Assembly (NCBI GenBank): GCA_951406725.2
Contig: OX597818.1
Coordinates: forward strand, 27,920,001 to 28,044,000
Source of the DNA: Octopus vulgaris
Lineage: Eukaryota
Direction of reading: 5' to 3'
Length of the DNA stretch: 124,000 nt
Positions 13,484 through 26,578 of the stretch are shown one piece after another. The first letter of the stretch is position 1. Each line of letters begins with the position of its first letter. The notes under the pieces were generated by a model, which saw only the letters and a program-made list of their open reading frames with translations, searched no databases and was not told the DNA's origin. Position numbers and translations under genes: made by a program.

Positions 13484-14214
13484 GACGGGAATAAAAAGGT
13501 TGTAAATACACTGAGGGTGTATAAGAAGATTTATTACATTTAAATTGATTCACATTTGTACAATTTTCCAAAGAAAAATATCTGAGAAGCATGGAGCTGT
13601 GTTGCAAACTTTATCATTTCTGGTGTTACCAGCTCTCTTGTGTTTCATAATTGGTTTAGCATCTGGACAATCTCCACTTGTTGGGTGTTCACTGCTGTTG
13701 CCCAAGTTCCTTTGGTACAGTTCTGAAATTGATTAATATTTTTGGTCAGGATTGGGAATTTATAAGATATCCTTTTCAGCATACAAACTAATATTCATTG
13801 CACAATATAATTTTTATAAACTAAAATAGACCAATATGTCTAAAATTTTCCTGTTAGTTCAACTATCTGTCACGTTTGCTTGGAAGCCCAAAATAGTGGA
13901 GGGTAGTCGGTAATATTTGAACATCGAAAACTTCTTCTACTCCAAATGACTCAAACTGGAAAATCAGCAATAAAAAACCTCTGCATTTGAATTTTTCAAT
14001 GGAAAAAGCTTTGTGCACAGTATGTAACAGTAATTGAGATGACTGAGCATCAATATTCATTCAGAATTTGTGTAAGGTGTACTTGAGCTTCCCTGTATGC
14101 ACAAATTTCAATCATTGTGTAAGATGGCTGTTGAGCGTGAATAGTTATTACAATGGTACGTACGAGGTCATCAGTTTTTGTGGTGGTTAAGGGTCACTGG
14201 CTTTTGTTCAAAGA

Positions 14215-14830
14215 TCTAGGGTCTCCCTTGGTTGGATTTATTCCATCTCAATCACAGATTTTTCAATCAATTTTTTTTTAACTAAGCAGTTTGAAACTTA
14301 GGATACTGGTAGAATTTCTCATGTAGAACAAGGTTTACTCTGAATGTTTTGGACAAAATTTCATATTTTAGAAGATATTTTGAAACTACATATACGTCAA
14401 CAACAAAAAAACTTGCTGCGAACTCATTGCTCAATAGGTCTTTTAAACACTGGCATGCTTAATGTGTGTATAAAACACCAATGTCAGGTAAACAAATAAA
14501 TATATGTAAATATTTCTTCCTTCTTGGTGTTGATTCTTTGAACAGAATGATGACATTTAGTAGAGATGACCCGGAAGTTGTTCCTCTTCAATTACTATCA
14601 TAAACAGCAGTAGCTTTCTTGAACCGAATACACATAATTGATTGGTTGAAATTACCAAAATATGACAACTTTAGCATGAAATAACTTCTAAAATATGAAA
14701 TTTTGTCAAAAATGTTCAGAGTAAACCATGTTCTACGTGAGAAATTCTACCAGTATTCGAAGTTTCAAACTGTTTAGTTAAAAAAATTAATTAAAAATCT
14801 GTGACTGAGATGGAAAAGATCCCCTTGGTT
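14215..14830. mobile_element. Foldback MITE with ~170-nt inverted arms
   Basis: ccatctcaatcacagattttt...tagaatttctcatgtagaac mirrored by gttctacgtgagaaattctacc...aaaaatctgtgactgagatgg. Confidence 0.75.
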
Positions 14831-14949
14831 TTAGTAAAGAATGCTGTAAGTACAAATACAAATCACATACACATCTCCATCTCTACACATATACACACTC
14901 CCTGGTTATACAAGTCACTCACAAACTAAACAAACACCAATCCCACAGT

Positions 14950-15790
14950 ATTTATCTCATTTCATCTAGGTCATCCCATAGGATGCTCCAAGAGTATTTC
15001 CACACATTTTCCCTATTCATCTCGTCTTCCATAATGGTCCTTAGCTCCTGTACCCCTTCCATACCAGTATCCTCCTGTAAGTTGTAGATATAGGTCGTTT
15101 TCCTCCTTCCTCTCTTGGTTCTTCCTTCTATTGGTTTCCTGAGCACTAGCTTGTTAGCAATTTCATCAATGTGTCTGATGTAATGTCCAGCTAACCTCAT
15201 CCTTCTATGCTGTACCTTCAATATTACTTTTGATAGTCCCTGGTATAAGTTGGCGTTTGTTATATGACTCTTCCAGGAGAAATTGAGTACCATTCTAAGA
15301 ATCCTTGTATAACAACCGTCCAACTGGATCTTCACTGCTTTAGTGAGCATCCATGTTTTAGCCCCATATAGAAGAACAGACTCCACTGTTGCCAGAAACA
15401 AACTCACTTTCAATTTCCTTGCTAACTTTGAACTCCATACCTTTCTCAATTTATGGCATGTGTTCCAGGCAGGAGCTTTCCTTGCTACGATGTCTTTTTC
15501 AGTAATTTGTGCCCATGCACCAAGGTATTTGAAATTTTCAACTACCTTCAGTGACTTACCGTCTCTCCCTTTCACTGACCCAAGCATTTCATGGTTGAAT
15601 ACTTGCAGCTCTGTTTTGTTTGCATTACAGTACAATCCTACCTTCCCCGATTCCCACTCTAATCTGCTCAGCACCTCCAGTGCCTAATCTGTCCTCTTTG
15701 TGAGTAATGCCAGGTCATCAGTACAATCTAGGTTAATTACTGTTACTGCTTGATGCCATCTGCTTCTTTGCCTATGCAGTTTGAATCTCA
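14950..15790 (-). mobile_element. RTE-like LINE of a second family, RT C-terminal fragment
   Basis: ORF 14952-15674 (LKVVENFKYLGAW, TVESVLLYGAKTW, LDGCYTRILRMVL, RLAGH). Confidence 0.85.
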
Positions 15791-16165
15791 GATCTTCTTT
15801 CTTGCCTTCATACAAATTAAATTAATAATGATGATATTGATGTTGACAATGATGATAAAGATTATTCTCTGTTGCTTCCATCAATCTTTAGCAAAAAACC
15901 ACAATGGCTAGCTCAAATCCTGAGGTAAGAGCTGCAAGCACAGAGTGAAAGTAAGAAACAGTTTTAAAAAGAACTGACGTGATGCTTATGAATGTCAGTG
16001 CTTATACATTGCTTTGGTATTCTTTCGTTTTGTGTAGCTGATTTGTAAACAAACTACTTTGGTAATTTCTTTGAGCACATGTTGTCTTGTCAGTTGCTTG
16101 TTTGTTCTGTTTGACATGTGTAGAGGAGGAAGCTAATGGGCTGTACGTTTGTGTGTGCTTGTTAT

Positions 16166-16214
<49 letters not shown>

Positions 16215-16628
16215 TGTTCTGTTTTTATGTATTTAGTTATGTGGAATGTAGATATAACAAAAACAATGTCGCATTTTAAACTTGGAGAAAAAAATAAGTG
16301 CTTCATGTGTGTATGTAAAATTTGTAAATTTCCAAGCAGAAAACGAGATCAGTTTCGAAAACGCTGTAACAGTTATGTGTTTTTCTTTTTTATACCAAAG
16401 AACCAAAATATTGTAACATGTATCAAAGGACCGAAGTCAAAGAACAGAAATACTGCAACATGCATGAAGAAAAGGAAGAAATGTAAATTAACACTTACCA
16501 TTGATGAAAGGAAATATGAAAGAAAGAAATATGAATGACATGAATTTCTATTAATTTTTAATGTTAAATTAAAGAAGATCTGTGGGACTATACAACACAT
16601 GCTCACGGAAATTGTGACTAATAAAAGG

Positions 16629-16680
<52 letters not shown>

Positions 16681-16699
16681 TTAATCATCATCATCATCA

Positions 16700-16749
<50 letters not shown>

Positions 16750-17109
16750 GTTGTTGTTGTTGTTGTTGTTAAAGCGGTGAGTTGATAGAATCACTACCAT
16801 GCTAGGCAAAGTGCTGAGCAACATTTCATCTATGTTTATGCTCTGAGTTCAAATTCCATCAATGCTGATTTTGCCTTCCATCCTTTTGGGATCAATAAAA
16901 TGAGTACTAGTTGAGCACCAGGGTTGATGTAATTGATTTACTCTCCCACGAAATTGCTGGCTTTCAGCCAAAATTTGATTATTATTACTATTATAATTAT
17001 TATTATTCATATACACACAACAGATTAAACTGTTGGAAAAGAAAAATTCCTAACATCAGGCTAAAACAAGTAACCTTAAATAACAAGAATCTTCCTAAGT
17101 ATCCTAGCT

Positions 17110-17520
17110 GTCCTTAATAATACTGTTTTCTGGAGTTGTACCAAACTGGGTTTTATGCCTTTTTGCCTCACATTACCTGTTCAAATCTTTAGGGATAGTT
17201 CCCAATGCACCTATAACTACTGTGATGCATTTTACCCACACTTTCCATAGTCTCTGTAATTCAATGGCTAGCTCCTGGTACTTTCTGTTCTTCTGGTTGT
17301 CAAAGTGCTCATAAAGGCTTTCTGAAAGCATTCCTATTAACAGCTTCCACACTAATGGTAAGCAAGTGATTGGTCTATAATTGCTGGCTGTATTACCCTT
17401 GATTTTGTCTTTCATAAGGAGTATTGTACTCCTAATAGTCATCCAATCTGGTATTATTCCTCCACTAAGACAATCTTGAAGTTGTTCCCTCCGCTTCTCA
17501 TGCAAACTACTAAATTCTTT
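17110..17520 (-). mobile_element. Internally deleted R4/Dong-like remnant
   Basis: ORF 17173-17505 joins NYRPITCLPLVWKL to KYQELAIELQRLW...VVIGALG. Further remnants at about 17940-18330 (-), 26820-27290 (-), 96300-97300 (+), 120010-120480 (-), 121920-123860 (-). Confidence 0.75.
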
Positions 17521-17529
17521 TAACCTTTA

Positions 17530-17940
17530 GGCGCAGGAGTGGCTGTGTGGTAAGTAGCTTGCTTACGAACCACATGCTTCTAGGTTCAGTCCCACTGCGT
17601 GCACCTTGGGCAAGTGTCTTCTACTATAGCCTGTGGCCAAGCAAAGCCTTGTGAGTGAATTTGGTAGATGGAAACTGAAAGAAGCCTGTATATATATGTA
17701 TATGTATATATGTGTGTGTGTTTGTGTGTGTGTGTTTGTTCCCCTAACATCGCTTGACAACCAATGCTGGTGTGTTTACGTGCCCGTAACTTAGTGGTTC
17801 GGCAAAACAGACCAATGGAATAAGTACTAGGCTTACAAAGAATAAGTTCTGGGGTAGATTTGCTTGACTAAAGGTGGTGCTCCAACATGGCTGCAGTCAA
17901 ATGACTGAAACAAGTAAAAGAGTAAAAGAGTAAAAGAGTA
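17530..17940 (+). mobile_element. tRNA-derived SINE family 1 (representative copy)
   Basis: Head gcaggagtggctgtgtggtaag...gggttcagtccca with A/B-box-like motifs, internal (TA/TG)n, tail ...tgactgaaacaagtaaaagag. Copies at about 23575 (-), 55698, 66130 (-), 75640 (-), 86176, 103637 (-), 107840, 114650, 115150, 115820. Confidence 0.85.
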
Positions 17941-18332
17941 CCCTTGAGCTAAATCTGTTCGTGGGCCCTTCCAATTTGGCATTTTTCCAAACATTTTACT
18001 CATTAATGCACTTAGTTGGTCTTAGATCTGGCTGCTTCTCACCCACTATTTCTTCCCTCACTTTCTTTAACCATACTGCATCTCCATTATTATTGACTGG
18101 CTTATCCCAAATATTACTCCAGAGCTTTCTAGCTTCTTCTACATTAGGTTTCTCATCTTCAATACTTTCTTTTTTGATGTTTATATGGTTATAATATCTC
18201 TTCTGGTCTGTCTCAAATAATCTGTTCTGTTGATACTGATCTATTCATTTCTGATATCTGGAAAGCTTGCCTGCTACTGCTATGATATAGTTTCAACTCT
18301 TGTATAACTGTCCCAAATCCTTTCTCATTGAC

Positions 18333-18404
<72 letters not shown>

Positions 18405-19319
18405 CATTATTATCATCATCTTCTTTCAATTCTGTTTCCATTTCTTGCTGAGTCTTCCTGACACCTAGGACAGAGAAACGCACTGTATACATTGGTAGGC
18501 CATTAAAAAACACACCAAATTGCCCATTTACAAAATCATGTGATAGAGAAAAAGGGAAGAAAGACAGAGATAAAAAAGACAGAAATAAAAAAGTAAACAA
18601 AGAAAATAAAGGGGAAAAGAGAAAGAAAATTCACAGTGACAATGCTCTTCTCAATATGTGTGACATACCAGTTAAGACAATCTTTTGAACTTCCTGTATG
18701 GATGGTAAGCCAGGGATCAAGCATGCTGGACAAAATACTTAGCAGTATTTCACCCATCGCTACATTCCAAGTTCAAATTCTACCAAGGTCGACTTTGCCT
18801 TTCATTCTTTTGGGTCAATAAATTAAGTACCAGTGAAACACTGGGGTTGATGTTATCGACTAGTCCCCTTCCCCCAGATTTCAGGCCTTGTGCCTTTAGT
18901 AGAAAGGATTATTATTATTATTATTATTACTATTATTATTGTTATGGCTGCCATACTGTAGAGTCATGGAAATAGGAGCTCCATAAGTTGAAAAAGTGTT
19001 TGTAATCTTTTTGACCTTCTAAAGCCCTGTGTTTTCATTTTTATTGCTACCACTGCATTTCTGAGTTTGTATGGGCTGTGCAGATAGTATTTTTGTGTAG
19101 AAACACCCCCTGATTTGCAATGGGTGTGCATCAATAATTTTAAAAATTTAACTACTTTTGGCAAAAGCAAATATTTTGCAATTTTCTTTAATTATTTAAA
19201 GATGGTTGATACTTAAGCCATCATAATGTTTGACAAAAGAACGTGTTCCTCATCGGTAGAAAAAAGTGAGAAAAAGAATATCAAATGGCCTAAACTTAAT
19301 GCCATTAGTGAAACAAGAA

Positions 19320-20890
19320 TCTCCGGAAAACATGCTCTAGCATCCATTTTCAAGGACTATGAGATATTTTAATCTTGTGATCTATTGGGAGTGGGTGGCA
19401 GTGTAGCAGTGCGACTCTGGAAATTCTTAGATCTCCAAGTACAGGCTATCTTCTTGGACCCAGATAGTAGGGTGATGGCTCTTGATATGAATGACAGCAA
19501 AGGTGGTGCCTTTAGACTTTTAGTGGTTTATGCCCCAACAGGGGCTGGAAGGTCAGATTTCTTCAGGCATCTAGAAACATTCTTGGGAATGTTTTGCACT
19601 TTAGTACTAGTAGGGATTGGAATAGTATTTTGGATGCACGGATTAGTGAACTAGTTAAGCAGCAGTTAACAGGGACTATTGTCAACTATGCGTTGGCTCA
19701 CTCTGAAGAGAATGATTAGAGTAGAATTGATAGCATTTACCAAAGATTTAGCAATAGAAAGAAATAGATTAGAAGGATAACTAGTTTGTAAATCAGAAGT
19801 AGCTATTAGTAAAGGCACCGTGAGCGATGTGTTAGTGGTGAGAATGTCCCTTGACCATTTCTTTGAGGTAAAACATAAAGGATATGTTGTCAGAGCTAAG
19901 GCCTGTGTGCTAAAACATAAAGGAACTGAAGCCATCCAATGAGCATGAATGGTAGAAACACGACGTGGAAACAAAACCTCGATCAAGTTTTTGACGGATC
20001 AGGATGGACTCATGCTACTCAGTTCTGAACAGATGCATGCAGCTTTCCAGCAGTTCTTTGTATGGTTGTTTGGGGAGAGTGATGGGTCAACGATGGTATC
20101 AGACTTTACTTCATACACAGATGACCTACCATGGCTCTCAGTAATGGATGCGAAGTTCTGCATAAAGTTGATTACAGCCACTGAATTATGGGAGGTGATG
20201 AGCGATTGTATAAGTTGCAAATTGCCCAGTTTGGATGGTCTGCCCTACAAATTCTGTTTTCACATCAGATTTGTTTGGCAGATGTCTGCAATAACTAGCA
20301 GCAGAATGGTAGAATTTTTAGTGCCATTTGCTGGGATGTGATAACACTGCTGAGAAAGGACACTGATAATGGGGATATGCTAGGGCATTTTTGGCCCATA
20401 ACTCTGCTAAACACAGTGTTTAAAATTTTAGATAAGGTGTTAGCAAAAAGGTTAGCAATTGTCGTTGGTAGTATGGTTGGGATGGCACAAACATGCATAA
20501 TCCCAAGCAGGTCTATCCACAACAACTTCCACCTTATGCAATACATCATAGAGAGGGCTGGGACTAAAGCTGGTTTTGGTGGGTCCTGCACAATTTAGAT
20601 AATTCAGAAGCTTTTGAGAGGGTAGACCATCACTACTTGGAAGCTATCCTTAAAGCATCTGGTTTCAGTACCGTTTTCAGAGGCTGAATTACTGCTCAGT
20701 GATCAACATAAAAGGACATCTATCGGAACCGTTTAGTATCGCACGTTCAGTCTGTCTGGGCTGCTTGCTGTCACCTCTTCTGTATGTACTGGCTCTTGAA
20801 CCTCTGCTGCAGAAGTTGGAACAGTTAAGAGGGCTCCCTTTTGAAATTGGATTCAGAAAAGCAGTGTCAGTGTATGCAGACGACATCACT
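19320..20890 (+). mobile_element. Tx1/L1-like LINE remnant (endonuclease and RT fragments)
   Basis: FRLLVVYAPT; WPITLLNTVFKILDKVLAKRL; SVCLGCLLSPLLYVLALEPLL; VYADD at about 20870-20885. Confidence 0.85.
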
Positions 20891-20901
20891 GAAATTCATA
20901 G

Positions 20902-21156
20902 ATTCTCCAGAAAAAGATACCATGACATTAAATGTTTTTGGAGGAAAAGTATATGCTGATACTCCAACCAAATTCCAGTGTAGTTGGAAAGGTGGTCATC
21001 CACCAACAAGTGTAACCCTGATGTATAAAAATATATCAAATACTAGTAAAGAAGATGAACTTAATGTGATACCTTCCAAAGCTCATCAAACAGTAAAGTG
21101 TCTGGGCATTCATATGGCAGCAAATGTGTCTTGTGAAAAGAATTTTACTATTTATT
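20902..21156 (+). CDS. Receptor exon: Ig-like domain 3 (C2-like), GC donor
   Basis: ttcatag acceptor; (Y)SPEKDT...FQCSWKGGHPPTSVTL...VKCLGIH...FTIY; the only phase-1 donor found is T|gcgagt; 255 nt. Confidence 0.8.
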
Positions 21157-22965
21157 GCGAGTATAAATGAAGCATCTTGTGAAAATTTTAATCTTCTGTC
21201 TTCATTTTCTTTTTTAAATTCAAATATGAGAAAATTATTGAAATCTAAGTCTTTTGTAAATGTTGGTTTGGCTGTAGATTTTTGAGTGAAAGAAACAATA
21301 AACTGTTGTAGTGAAAATGGTTCACCCCTTCCCACATGATAAAGTGGTATGAGTAGCCACTATAAAGTCAGACAGTCAGTCGTTGTAGGAGGTCAGTAGT
21401 AGTAGAGTCATACGAGTTTTCAGTTGGAGTCTGTTATGTGTCACTTATGTGATATATACAAATTCGAGTTACCATCAAGGTAGACGTTTCAAAGTCATTG
21501 CCTTGAGGATCAATCAGTGATAGCATGATAGACGAGTCAAAGATAATAAAACATGGAATACTTCCACAACATAATAGTGGCAACAAGAATATTACAGTGC
21601 CACTAACAACATACAAGTGGACAAGGATCCACATTATAACATAAACAATATTCTGTGATACCAAAATGGGTGCGAGTTGTATTATACTTATACGAGTTAT
21701 ATCTAATTGTATTGTTGGAATTTGTGAGTGGTTTTATCACATAAGTTGAAAATTCAGAGGTAATAAACTTCTGGTCAAATTCTGATATAAATATTATTGT
21801 ATGGTTAGATATTTGGGAGTTTTTAAAATTTTATTTGAGAATAGCGATAAGTAATTAGAGGGATGTCAAGTTGCTGGTCTAGGTTATCTAAACCAGAAAA
21901 AGTGTTATGGCTCAATTGATTAGGAAGAGATTTAACCTAGATGAGATGCAATTAAGCAGTGTACCAGAAAGACGTATTACTGATGTCATATTCCTAGTGA
22001 AAGAACTGCAGAAGTACCTGGCTAAAAGTAAGCTACTGTACCTGGCATTTGTTGACCTGGAGAAAGCTTTTGACAGAGTTTACTCATTTGGTGATCTAAT
22101 AATCATTGATGAAGCTAGGAGTAGATGAATGGACTCATGTGAGCCTTACAAGCCAAATATAGGGGTGCTGTCAGCAAGATGAGAATTAATAATAAGTACA
22201 GTGTTGAATGCTTAGTAACTTTCTAGTTATCAAAGACTTCTAAGAGAGTTTAAGACAGGGTGTGCATTGGAATTTTTATAAGTTAATGTTCTTGGTCTTA
22301 CAGTTGAAACTACTATTGTAGGATTAGAAAACAATTACAGGTGTGAAAGTAAACCTGGAATCAAAGGGCCTCAGCAACTTGGCAAACATTAAAGTCTAAG
22401 TAAATCAGAAAACTTACAAGACCCTTCTTCCATCTGGAAAATTACCTCATTTGATATATAAAACAGGGATGGGTGGAAATTTGATACAGTGTACTCAATG
22501 ACCCTACATCTCACTGTAGTAACTCTTCAAAAATTGACGAATGTTTCATTAACTATAGGGTCATATTCAAATTGCTCCAAGGTTATGGGTTTGTGGTGGT
22601 TTAGATCCCTAGCTCTATCTTACTATGATATTCTGTATGAGAAAACAAGTTCAATGACAATCTTAAAATCTGAAGACTTACAGGATATGAACAGGAATAT
22701 ATTTTATGAAATAAAAGCAAACAGGGAGAAATGAAAAAAAACCTCAATGCAGTAGCAAGTGCTTCAGTTGTTTGCACACCACAAGATTGAATGGAACTTA
22801 GTGAAGCAAGCCAGCACTCTTGTGGCATTACCATGGGCACGTTTATGTATTACTATAACCATGTTATTTATAAATTTATTTTTGAAATGTGTATGGAACT
22901 GAAATTTTGAATGAATTTTTATCGTATTTTCTAAACTGAAACTGCTTTCTGATTTTTTTTTTAAG

Positions 22966-23220
22966 ATCCTCCTCAAGTAAACATTCATATTTCAAATGAG
23001 ACAAATAATACTTTACAAATTAATTGCACTGTATTTGATGGAAATCCAGCAAATTATGAATACAAACTGAAGCAAAAATGGAGTAATACCACTAAGAATA
23101 CTTATAATATAAAAGTATTATCTATAAACAATCCTTCCTTCAGTAATACTGGTACATGGGAGTGTCATGTAAGCAATGAATATTTTCATGTGAGTAAATC
23201 CTCAAACTACAAAATTCCAG
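22966..23220 (+). CDS. Receptor exon: Ig-like domain 4 (not in ORF track), GC donor
   Basis: ttttttttaag acceptor; open frame (Y)PPQVNIHISNETNNTLQINCTVFDGNPANYEYKLKQKWSN...LSINNPSFSNTGTWECHVSNEYFHVSKSSNYKIP; CCAG|gcaagt donor; 255 nt, phase 1-1. Confidence 0.88.
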
Positions 23221-23786
23221 GCAAGTATTTTACAAAGCCACAATTATTTAAAAAAAATATTTACAATTCAATTTTTATTTTTAGAATGGTAAAATTGTTC
23301 AGTTATATATTTGATTTTATTCCATTAGAATATTGTTGGACTTTGTTCTTTTTATGTATATCAATATAACTTTCAGGAATGGTTTGAAATGTAAATATTT
23401 AAGAATTATAGTTTTAATAAATTATATAGTATCAAATTTTCTCAAAAGAACTGAAGCTGTTTCCAAGTAAATTTTAAGCATGCATTTTATATAGTGAAAT
23501 AGTTTCCCTATTGAGTTTTCTTATTATTTAGTTTGTTCCATTTCAACTGCATAATCAATATTCTTTTTACTCTCTCTTTTACTTGTTTCAGTCATTTGAC
23601 TGTGGCCATACTGGAGCACCACCTTTAGTCGAGCCACTCGACCCCGGGACTTATTCTTTTGTTAGCCCAGTACTTATTCTATCGGTCTCTTTTGCCGAAC
23701 CGCTAATTAACGGGGACATAAACACACCAGCATTGGTTGTCAAGCAATGCTAGGGGGACAAGCACAGACACACAAACACATACATG

Positions 23787-23830
<44 letters not shown>

Positions 23831-25219
23831 TACGACGGGCTTCTTTTCAGTTTCCGTCTACCAAATCCACTCACAAGGCTTTGGTCGGCCCAAGGCTATA
23901 GTAGAAGACACTTGCCCAAGGTGCCACGCAGTGGGACTGAACCCGGAACCATGTGGTTGGTAAACAAGCTACTTACCATAGGGCCACTCCAAAATACAGC
24001 AAATTAACTTATCAGGCAAGAACATCAAATATTTCTTGTTACAGTAATTCAAATTATAAAGATATGCAATTTTGGCATATGAATTATTTGTTTTTTAAAT
24101 GTTATAATAGATCTTTCCAAAAATATTCCTAAAACTTTCAGTAGCAAGTAATTTTCATTTAAATTTTATATCATGTTATATTTGTTTAGAAAGAAAAGAA
24201 ATGTCTATATCATGTTTAGCTCTGTATGAAAGACACTTTGTAACATAAAATGTCTACCACTTCTGATGTCTTGAGATTCAAGGTAATGTAAGAACTGATG
24301 AATAAAGATTATCAGTATAATCTTAGAAATACTGACTGCTTCTGAGCAGCATTGGAGAGATTGTCTTTAATGGAGATGGCACACATTTTGGATTAAGTCA
24401 TGTTTGAGAAATAAAAATTTCTAAACTTATCAAGAATAAGTCAATTTGCAAGTGCAATTTCAGGGTGATGTTTAGGATAATATCAGATAATGAAAATTGC
24501 TTCCTAAATTATCACAAATCTCAAAATCTCTTAGGTGGGATCTAATACAGGCTATATAAACACAGTTTCTTTGAAAATATTTCTTTTTATGTTACACATT
24601 GGTCACTTGTTTTTGATCAAATATATGAAAATAATCAGTAAGTAAAACTATCTACTTTTAGATAACACTTGAAACTATTAGCTTGAATTGCTAGTTTTAA
24701 GTGATCAAAGGCTTTATTGTACTTAAAAGCCATAGTAGTAATATCTTAAGTAATGAGTTGAGCTGAAAAAAAGTAACTGACTGTGTGTTTGTTATGTGTA
24801 GGAAGTTAAACTGGATATGATATTAGTAGCTAATATGACAGATTTGACTGCCATATGCATATGTCCCTGTTATCTTGATCAGGTGGAGTGTGATGAGACA
24901 ATGTTAGAGGATCTTCTGGAACCATACATTGTAAAATATGCTATGGTTGTTGTGTAGAGGTTGTAATTGAAGGGCTGGTAAGAGTTCGTTTGACAACTAG
25001 GGATTCTAATTTGGAGGTGAAATGGTACAGATGCTTAGAATTGTCAATGTTTTAGCCTTAAATACTAGCAGAATCAGTCTGAAAGTAAATTCGGTCATTG
25101 AATTGTATAGTTTACATTTTATTATTTCCATTTATTTTTTGAAAACTTAGACACCTTCTGTTTCAAATTTATGATATACATTGTTATTTTCGTTAGTAAT
25201 ATTATTATTTTTCCATCAG

Positions 25220-25528
25220 TGAAACCTATTTTCAGTTCAAGATCAAACAATCCCAAAACGAGAAATGTTGCAATTGGAGAATCTGTAATTTTCAAACAGT
25301 GTTTTTATTCCTATCCAAAATTTGATGTAAAATGGCAAAAGAATGAGAAATTAATTGACTCCAACAAATATTTAATAACTGATTATTTATCAAGTGAGTT
25401 TCCTTTCAAAGGAAGCTGTGCTAGTTTAAAGATAGAAGACATTAAAGATAATGATTTTGGCACCTATACCTTAACAGTGGAAAATACCATAGGGAAAAAA
25501 GTGATTATTTTTGCCATGAGACTTAAAG
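25220..25528 (+). CDS. Receptor exon: Ig-like domain 5 (I-set, membrane proximal)
   Basis: catcag acceptor, G|gtaagt donor, 309 nt; VAIGESVIFKQCFYSYPKFDVKWQKN...SLKIEDIKDNDFGTYTLTVENTIG. Confidence 0.92.
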
Positions 25529-26476
25529 GTAAGTTGTTACATGTTTGGAATTATTCTTTAGTTACTTAAAATATTGTTTCGTGCTATATGGAATTATTTA
25601 GAATTGATTAATTCATTGTGAAGTACTTAAGGTTCTGCTTTTAGTCCATGTGTTAGAATTAGCTGTATGTTATAAAGATGATTATCAATTTTAGCTTTCA
25701 TTCTTGTTTAAGCACTTTTAGATTTGTAGGTAAACATAATTTCTTTTTCAGAAATATTCTAGAAAATTGCTGGTCACAAAACTTCCACTGGCAAACCATT
25801 CCCTGAACTCTGATAATGAAGTTTTCTGGTCAATTAACTATTTATTCTTAGTTTGTTCATTTAAATATTTTCGACATAATTAGAGTGAAGTTGATTTCAA
25901 TGTGGTAAGATTTCTAGTTGAATTATGTGGACATAAAAATAACTTATAACATAGATGATAATTCTATCAGTATGGAAAGAACCAGAGTGCAGGAATTTGG
26001 CAGTGTTTGATGCTGTGGATCTCAAAATTTGCATAGCATCATACAGGTGGATGTATAAGGGCAAGCCATTTCTGTTTAATTACATATGTGATGGAAAGGA
26101 AAATGAAAGAGGAATGAAATGATGGTCTAATAAGGACACTCTGAGGAAAAAGTAGAAAGAAGCTTTTAGGTATGATCTGAAAACACTGAGCCTTATAATG
26201 CATTACTAGAATGCACTACAGAACATATTTATAGTATTTTTAACAAACACTTAGTGTTACAATGTTTGTAAAGAAATTGACTGTACAATATCTGATATAA
26301 AAAAAAGATGCACAACTGTATGTACATTTTATTGTTTTTGAAGCCTTCAAGTAGCAACTGTGTACCCCAACATCCATTGACCTTAGAATATGTGGCAAAT
26401 AATTAGTGAAAAATTCTTCATAACCCTTTATATTTTTAATGTATTAATGCAAGGTCTTTTTAATAAATCCTTTCAG

Positions 26477-26578
26477 AAATTATGGAAGTCCCTTTGAGAA
26501 TAATTATTGGTTGCACTGTAGGAATTGTATTATTAATAATTTTGGGGCTTCTTATTTATAAATGCCACAAAAAAAGAG
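26477..26578 (+). CDS. Receptor exon: transmembrane helix with basic stop-transfer
   Basis: tttcag acceptor, AG|gttggt donor; (E)IMEVPLRIIIGCTVGIVLLIILGLLIYKCHKKR; phase 1 in, phase 1 out. Confidence 0.88.

Noticed and set aside
17530-17610. tRNA-like sequences (also near 28045, 60990, 114650)
   Set aside because: SINE heads continuing into SINE bodies; no complete cloverleaf
20841-20901. ORF track's N-terminal extension of Ig3 (MKLDSEKQCQCMQTT)
   Set aside because: Out-of-frame reading of the LINE remnant upstream of the acceptor
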